DNA of 40,477 nucleotides from a virus (Duplodnaviria; Heunggongvirae; Uroviricota; Caudoviricetes): IMG/VR virus record IMGVR_UViG_2778261450_000004; one strand, 5' to 3'. Shown piece by piece: positions 35,016 to 40,477 of this stretch (position 1 is its first letter; each line of letters starts with the position of its first letter). The notes under the pieces were generated by a model. It saw only the letters and a program-made list of their open reading frames with translations, ran no database searches and was not told where the DNA came from. The position numbers and the translations under genes were made by a program.

Positions 35016-37667
35016 ATGAGCGCAAAACCACTCTTCCTGTTACGGAAAGCGAAAAAATCATCCGGTGAACCTGACGTCGTCCTGTGGGCAAGCGACGATT
35101 TTGAATCGACCTGCGCCACTCTGGACTACCTGATCGTCAAATCAGGTAAAAAACTGAGCAGCTATTTTAAAGCTGTTGCCACTAATTTTCCTGTCGTTAA
35201 TGACCTGCCCCCTGAAGGTGAGATCGATTTTACCTGGAGTGAACGCTATCAACTCAGCAAAGACTCCATGACATGGGAACTAAAACCGGGAGCAGCACCA
35301 GACGACGCTCACCATCAGGAGAATGCCCAGGAAACCGAAGAACTGACGGGAGGGCAGGAAGAAAACACACTGGCAGGCGCTCACGGGGATTGCCCGGATT
35401 GCGAAGTCTCTGTAGCCACTTTGCGGTTTACGCAGCGTCTTCTGCACATTTTTACGTATGCAGCCGGGGATCGAAAATACCTGCACCATGCCACCCGTGA
35501 ACAACGCAAACACATTACTGCTCTTGAGATGGATCAGGAAAACAGCTATGTCCAGAATCTGCTGTTGGCCATACGCAGCATGGCAGAACCGACAACTCTG
35601 GATAATGCCGCCCTGCTCCGCCTGACTGATGCAATTAAGGCAGTGTTCTCTATCACGAAAAAACATCAGCCCTATGAATTTAAGAATTTCATTTCAGCCT
35701 GGCTGGATACCGAACACATTGATCGCGGTCTTCTGACAAAAGAATGGCGAAAAGGGAATCGTGTTTCACGCATCACTCGCACGGCTTCCGGTGCTAATGC
35801 TGGCGGCGGGAACCTCACCGATCGCGGCGAAGGTTTCGTCCACGATCTGACGTCACTGGCGCGCGATGTAGCCACTGGCGTACTGGCCCGTTCAATGGAC
35901 GTGGACATCTATAACCTTCATCCGGCACACGCTAAACGCATTGAGGAAATTATCGCTGAAAATAAACCACCCTTTTCTGTTTTCCGCGACAAATTCATCA
36001 CCATGCCTGGCGGGCTGGATTATTCCCGCGCCATCGTGGTTGCGTCCGTGAAAGAAGCACCAATTGGGATCGAGGTCATCCCCGCACACGTCACTGAATA
36101 TCTGAACAAAGTACTGACTGAAATCGATCATGCCAACCCTGATCCGGAAATCGTGGATATTGCCTGCGGTCGCTCCTCGGCCCCGATGCCGCAGCGAGTA
36201 ACAGAAGAAGGAAAACAGGACGATGAAGAAAAGCCACAACCATCTGGCGCAATGGCAGATGAACAGGCAACGGCTGAAACAGTGGAACCGAATGCAACTG
36301 AACATCATCAGAACACGCAGCCGCTGGATGCTCAGTCACAGGTAAATTCTGTTGATGCGAAATATCAGGAACTGCGGGCAGAACTCCATGAAGCCCGGAA
36401 AAACATTCCATCAAAAAATCCTGTCGATGCCGATAAATTGCTTGCTGCATCACGTGGTGAATTTGTTGACGGAATTAGCGACCCGAACGATCCGAAATGG
36501 GTTAAGGGGATCCAGACTCGCGATTCTGTGTACCAGAACCAGCCAGAAACGGAAAAAATCAGCCCGGATGCGAAACAACCTGAGCCAGTAGTGCAACAGG
36601 AACCGGAAATAGTCTGCAATGCCTGCGGTCAGACTGGCGGGGATAACTGCCCTGACTCTGGTGCGGTGATGGGCGACGCAACATACCAGGAAACATTCGG
36701 TGAAGAGAATCAGGTTGAAGCTAAGGAAAAAGATCCGGAGGAAATGGAAGGCGCTGAACATCCGCACAATGAGAATGCTGGCAGCGATCCGCATCGCGAT
36801 TGCAGTGATGAAACTGGCGAAGTCGCAGATCCCGTAATCGTAGAAGACATAGAGCCAGGTATTTATTACGGAATTTCGAATGAGAATTACCACGCGGGTC
36901 CCGGTGTCAGTAAGTCTCAGCTCGATGACATTGCTGATACTCCAGCACTGTATTTGTGGCGTAAAAATGCCCCCGTGGACACTACAAAGACAAAAACGCT
37001 CGATTTAGGAACCGCTTTCCACTGCCGGGTACTTGAACCGGAAGAATTCAGTAACCGCTTTATCGTAGCACCTGAATTTAACCGCCGTACAAACGCCGGA
37101 AAAGAAGAAGAGAAAGCGTTTCTGATGGAATGCGCAAGCACAGGAAAAACGGTTATCACTGCGGAAGAAGGCCGGAAAATTGAACTCATGTATCAAAGCG
37201 TTATGGCTTTGCCGCTGGGGCAATGGCTTGTTGAAAGCGCCGGACACGCTGAATCATCAATTTACTGGGAAGATCCGGAAACAGGAATTTTGTGTCGGTG
37301 CCGTCCGGACAAAATTATTCCTGAATTTCACTGGATCATGGACGTGAAAACCACAGCGGATATTCAACGATTCAAAACGGCTTATTACGACCACCGCTAT
37401 CACGTTCAGGATGCCTTCTACAGTGACGGTTATGAAGCACAGTTTGGTGTGCAGCCAACTTTCGTTTTTCTGGTTGCCAGCACAACTGTTGAATGCGGAC
37501 GTTATCCGGTTGAGATTTTCATGATGGGCGAAGAAGCAAAACTGGCAGGCCAGCAGGAATATCACCGCAATCTGCGGACCCTGGCTGACTGCCTAAATAC
37601 CGATGAATGGCCAGCTATTAAGACGTTATCACTGCCCCGCTGGGCTAAGGAGTATGCAAATGACTAA
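35016..37667 (+). CDS. recE: Exodeoxyribonuclease VIII (RecE)
   Basis: 883-aa ORF; N-terminus [26 protein letters not shown] and C-terminal nuclease domain ([16 protein letters not shown]...[10 protein letters not shown]...) match RecE; a central segment differs from the K-12 sequence I recall. Confidence 0.9.
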   Translation: MSAKPLFLLRKAKKSSGEPDVVLWASDDFESTCATLDYLIVKSGKKLSSYFKAVATNFPVVNDLPPEGEIDFTWSERYQLSKDSMTWELKPGAAPDDAHHQENAQETEELTGGQEENTLAGAHGDCPDCEVSVATLRFTQRLLHIFTYAAGDRKYLHHATREQRKHITALEMDQENSYVQNLLLAIRSMAEPTTLDNAALLRLTDAIKAVFSITKKHQPYEFKNFISAWLDTEHIDRGLLTKEWRKGNRVSRITRTASGANAGGGNLTDRGEGFVHDLTSLARDVATGVLARSMDVDIYNLHPAHAKRIEEIIAENKPPFSVFRDKFITMPGGLDYSRAIVVASVKEAPIGIEVIPAHVTEYLNKVLTEIDHANPDPEIVDIACGRSSAPMPQRVTEEGKQDDEEKPQPSGAMADEQATAETVEPNATEHHQNTQPLDAQSQVNSVDAKYQELRAELHEARKNIPSKNPVDADKLLAASRGEFVDGISDPNDPKWVKGIQTRDSVYQNQPETEKISPDAKQPEPVVQQEPEIVCNACGQTGGDNCPDSGAVMGDATYQETFGEENQVEAKEKDPEEMEGAEHPHNENAGSDPHRDCSDETGEVADPVIVEDIEPGIYYGISNENYHAGPGVSKSQLDDIADTPALYLWRKNAPVDTTKTKTLDLGTAFHCRVLEPEEFSNRFIVAPEFNRRTNAGKEEEKAFLMECASTGKTVITAEEGRKIELMYQSVMALPLGQWLVESAGHAESSIYWEDPETGILCRCRPDKIIPEFHWIMDVKTTADIQRFKTAYYDHRYHVQDAFYSDGYEAQFGVQPTFVFLVASTTVECGRYPVEIFMMGEEAKLAGQQEYHRNLRTLADCLNTDEWPAIKTLSLPRWAKEYAND

Positions 37668-38493
37668 GCAACCACCTATCGCAAAAGCCGATCTGCAAAA
37701 AACTCAGGGAAACCGTGCACCAGCAGCAGTTAACGATAAGGATGTGCTGTGCGTGATTAACAGCCCGGCAATGAAAGCGCAACTGGCAGCAGCTCTGCCA
37801 CGTCACATGACAGCGGAACGCATGATCCGCATTGCTACAACAGAAATCCGTAAAGTACCGGAACTAAGAAACTGTGACTCGACGAGTTTTATCGGTGCCA
37901 TCGTACAGTGTTCACAGCTCGGACTTGAGCCAGGTAGCGCCCTCGGTCATGCATATCTGCTACCGTTCGGCAACGGAAAAGCAAAAAACGGTAAGAAGAA
38001 CGTACAGCTGATCATCGGTTATCGCGGCATGATCGACCTTGCCCGTCGATCAGGTCAAATCATCAGTCTGTCAGCTCGTGTTGTCCGTGAATGTGATGAA
38101 TTCAGCTATGAACTTGGCCTTGATGAAAAACTGGTTCATCGTCCCGGTGAAAACGAAGATGCCCCTATAACCCATGTCTATGCTGTTGCAAAACTGAAAG
38201 ACGGAGGAGTGCAGTTTGAAGTCATGACCCGCAAACAAGTAGAAAAAGTTCGCGACACACACAGCAAGGCGGCAAAAAACGCAGCGTCAAAAGGGGCGTC
38301 GTCCATCTGGGATGAACACTTTGAAGACATGGCCAAAAAGACAGTGATACGAAAACTGTTCAAGTATCTGCCGGTATCTATTGAAATCCAGCGTGCAGTA
38401 TCGATGGATGGAAAAGAGGTGGAAACAATTAATCCAGACGACATATCGGTTATAGCCGGGGAATACAGTGTAATCGATAATCCAGAAGAATAA
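37660..38493 (+). CDS. recT: Recombinase RecT (single-strand annealing protein)
   Basis: [24 protein letters not shown]...[11 protein letters not shown]; start overlaps the recE 3' end by 8 bp. Confidence 0.9.
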   Translation: MTKQPPIAKADLQKTQGNRAPAAVNDKDVLCVINSPAMKAQLAAALPRHMTAERMIRIATTEIRKVPELRNCDSTSFIGAIVQCSQLGLEPGSALGHAYLLPFGNGKAKNGKKNVQLIIGYRGMIDLARRSGQIISLSARVVRECDEFSYELGLDEKLVHRPGENEDAPITHVYAVAKLKDGGVQFEVMTRKQVEKVRDTHSKAAKNAASKGASSIWDEHFEDMAKKTVIRKLFKYLPVSIEIQRAVSMDGKEVETINPDDISVIAGEYSVIDNPEE

Positions 38494-38537
38494 TCCAGCC
38501 TGGCGGTGTAATGCACCGCCAACGTGAGATAGTTTTT

Positions 38538-38744
38538 ATGACAAAAACTTTGAGATATGACGATGTTAAACCATGTCCGTTTTGTGGTTGTCCATCAGTA
38601 ACGGTGAAAGACATTTCAGGATATTACCGGGCAAAATGCAACGGATGCGAATCCCGAACTGGCTATGGTGGAAGTGAAAAAGAAGCGCTCGAAAGATGGA
38701 ATAAACGAACCACTGAAAATATTAATGGAGGCGTTCATGTATAA
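38538..38744 (+). CDS. ralR: Restriction alleviation protein RalR / Lar
   Basis: MTKTLRYDDVKPCPFCGCPSVTVKDISGYYRAKCNGCESRTGYGGSEKEALERWNKR. Confidence 0.8.
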   Translation: MTKTLRYDDVKPCPFCGCPSVTVKDISGYYRAKCNGCESRTGYGGSEKEALERWNKRTTENINGGVHV

Positions 38745-38925
38745 AATTACCGCTACAATTGAAAAGGAAGGTGGCACTCCTACTAACTGGACAAGATATT
38801 CAAAATCTAAACTAACGAAATCAGAATGCGAAAAAATGCTCTCAGGTAAAAAAGAAGCAGGCGTTTCCAGAGAGCAGAAAGTAAAACTGATAAATTTTAA
38901 TTGCGAGAAACTTCAGTCCTCGTGA
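38737..38925 (+). CDS. ydaC: YdaC-like small protein
   Basis: ATG at 38737 (MYKITATIEKEGG...) overlaps the ralR stop; position matches Rac ydaC. Confidence 0.5.
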   Translation: MYKITATIEKEGGTPTNWTRYSKSKLTKSECEKMLSGKKEAGVSREQKVKLINFNCEKLQSS

Positions 38926-39024
38926 ATTGCATTGTATTCAAATTAAAACTTCATTGCTGATTATTAATAATCAACATCGGGCGTCAATTTCAGTCTAACA
39001 TTGGCGCCTGCCAGAGGTGATGCG

Positions 39025-39240
39025 ATGGCACAAGTGATCTTTAATGAAGAGTGGATGGTTGAATACGGTCTGACACTTCGCACTGGTTTGGGTGCCCGAC
39101 AAATTGAACTATACCGTCAGAACTGCTGGGTGGAAGGCATCCACTTCAAACGAGTATCTCCTTCAGGGAAGCCAGACAGTAAGCGCGGAATTATCTGGTA
39201 CAACTATCCAAAGATAAATCAGTTTATCAAAGACTCATGA
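39025..39240 (+). CDS. xis: Excisionase (XisR / YdaQ-like)
   Basis: 71-aa protein immediately upstream of int (1-nt gap); GAGGTG SD before the ATG at 39025. Confidence 0.65.
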   Translation: MAQVIFNEEWMVEYGLTLRTGLGARQIELYRQNCWVEGIHFKRVSPSGKPDSKRGIIWYNYPKINQFIKDS

Positions 39241-39241
39241 T

Positions 39242-40477
39242 ATGTCTAAATTACCAACAGGTGTTGAGATTCGAGGTAAATATATCCGCATCTGGTTCAT
39301 GTTTCGAGGAAAACGATGTCGGGAAACATTGAAAGGCTGGGAGGTAACTAACAGCAACATTAAAAAGGCCGGGAATCTAAGAGCTTTGATAGTTCATGAA
39401 ATAAACTCCGGCGAATTTGAGTATTTAAGACGTTTTCCCCAGTCCAGTACAGGGGCGAAAATGGTGACAACCAGAGTCATAAAAACATTCGGGGAGCTTT
39501 GTGATATCTGGATAAGAATTAAAGAGACAGAGTTAACAACAAACACAATGAAGAAAACGAAATCACAATTAAAAACACTCAGAATAATAATTTGTGAAAG
39601 TACCCCGATATCACATATTCGTTATAGCGATATCCTAAACTACCGGAACGAACTGCTGCATGGAGAAACGCTTTACCTGGATAATCCAAGATCCAACAAA
39701 AAAGGAAGAACCGTGCGCACAGTTGATAACTATATCGCCCTGCTCTGTTCGCTGTTACGTTTTGCGTATCAGTCGGGATTTATATCAACCAAACCATTTG
39801 AAGGAGTAAAAAAATTACAGCGAAACAGAATAAAGCCTGATCCGTTATCTAAAACAGAATTCAATGCATTAATGGAAAGTGAAAAAGGACAGAGCCAGAA
39901 CTTGTGGAAATTTGCCGTTTACTCAGGACTTCGTCACGGGGAACTGGCAGCTCTGGCGTGGGAGGATGTGGATCTCGAGAAGGGAATAGTGAATGTCAGA
40001 AGAAACCTGACGATACTTGATATGTTCGGTCCCCCAAAAACAAATGCCGGGATCCGGACAGTAACGCTACTGCAGCCTGCTCTTGAAGCACTGAAGGAGC
40101 AATACAAACTGACCGGGCATCATCGCAAAGGCGAAATCACTTTTTACCATCGGGAGTACGGCAGAACCGAAAAGCAAAAACTGCATTTTGTTTTCATGCC
40201 CAGAGTGTGTAACGGAAAACAGAAACCTTATTACTCGGTAAGCAGTTTGGGTGCGAGATGGAATGCAGCAGTAAAACGTGCTGGTATTCGCCGCCGTAAT
40301 CCGTACCATACGCGGCATACTTTTGCCTGCTGGCTGTTGACGGCAGGAGCGAACCCGGCGTTTATAGCCAGCCAGATGGGGCATGAAACTGCGCAGATGG
40401 TGTATGAAATTTACGGTATGTGGATTGATGACATGAACGACGAACAGGTAGCCATGTTGAATGCGCGGTTATCGTAG
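39242..40477 (+). CDS. intR: Tyrosine integrase (Rac IntR-like)
   Basis: 411 aa; C-terminal catalytic region with R...HTRHTFACWLLTAGANPAFIASQMGHETAQMVYEIY (H-x-x-R and catalytic Y). Stop codon is the last triplet of the window. Confidence 0.9.
   Translation: MSKLPTGVEIRGKYIRIWFMFRGKRCRETLKGWEVTNSNIKKAGNLRALIVHEINSGEFEYLRRFPQSSTGAKMVTTRVIKTFGELCDIWIRIKETELTTNTMKKTKSQLKTLRIIICESTPISHIRYSDILNYRNELLHGETLYLDNPRSNKKGRTVRTVDNYIALLCSLLRFAYQSGFISTKPFEGVKKLQRNRIKPDPLSKTEFNALMESEKGQSQNLWKFAVYSGLRHGELAALAWEDVDLEKGIVNVRRNLTILDMFGPPKTNAGIRTVTLLQPALEALKEQYKLTGHHRKGEITFYHREYGRTEKQKLHFVFMPRVCNGKQKPYYSVSSLGARWNAAVKRAGIRRRNPYHTRHTFACWLLTAGANPAFIASQMGHETAQMVYEIYGMWIDDMNDEQVAMLNARLS

Larger units (their letters stand above)
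1..40477. mobile_element. Lambdoid prophage (Rac-like early region, Qin-like nin/lysis region, lambda-like tail); window is entirely internal
   Basis: Contiguous phage modules in canonical order: int-xis-recET-kil, immunity, replication, nin/Q, lysis, terminase-portal-capsid, tail. Neither att site is in the window. Confidence 0.9.

Noticed and set aside
35273-37565. Numerous - strand and alternative-frame ORFs inside recE
   Set aside because: All nested in the well-supported RecE ORF; none has a start signal or motif.
1-40477. CRISPR arrays, tRNA/rRNA genes, IS elements/transposases
   Set aside because: Looked for regularly spaced direct repeats, tRNA-like cloverleaf candidates and transposase-like ORFs with terminal inverted repeats; none found. 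The only repeats are the operator, palindrome and TGCGCA elements reported above.

Overview
The whole 40.5-kb window lies inside a mosaic lambdoid prophage of an enterobacterium (E. coli-like). Reading right to left it follows phage order: integrase/excisionase and a Rac-type early-left operon (ydaC, ralR, recT, recE, racC, ydaE, kilR, sieB) on the + strand, then an immunity region (XRE-type repressor flanked by repeated operator 16-mers, divergent Cro-like gene, ydaT), a replication module (O/YdaU-like, DnaC-like) and, all on the - strand, a Qin-like nin/Q region with a hok/mok toxin locus, a lysis cassette, head genes and a lambda-like tail (major tail, G/G-T chaperones, tape measure, M, L; L is cut by the window start). 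Four AT-rich cargo insertions sit between core modules: a Lom/Ail outer-membrane moron, a type II heat-labile enterotoxin (LT-II) A/B operon just downstream of the endolysin, a pertussis-like AB5 toxin operon between the Q-like gene and the holin, and a four-gene operon built around a 574-aa SMC/ABC-type coiled-coil ATPase. That last operon is the best candidate for an undescribed system: its architecture resembles Lamassu / ABC-3C defense systems, but its partner proteins are small and show no motif I can assign by eye. All calls rest on reading the six-frame track and the sequence, with homology judged from memory; no database search or computation was run. No tRNA, rRNA, CRISPR array or IS element was seen.
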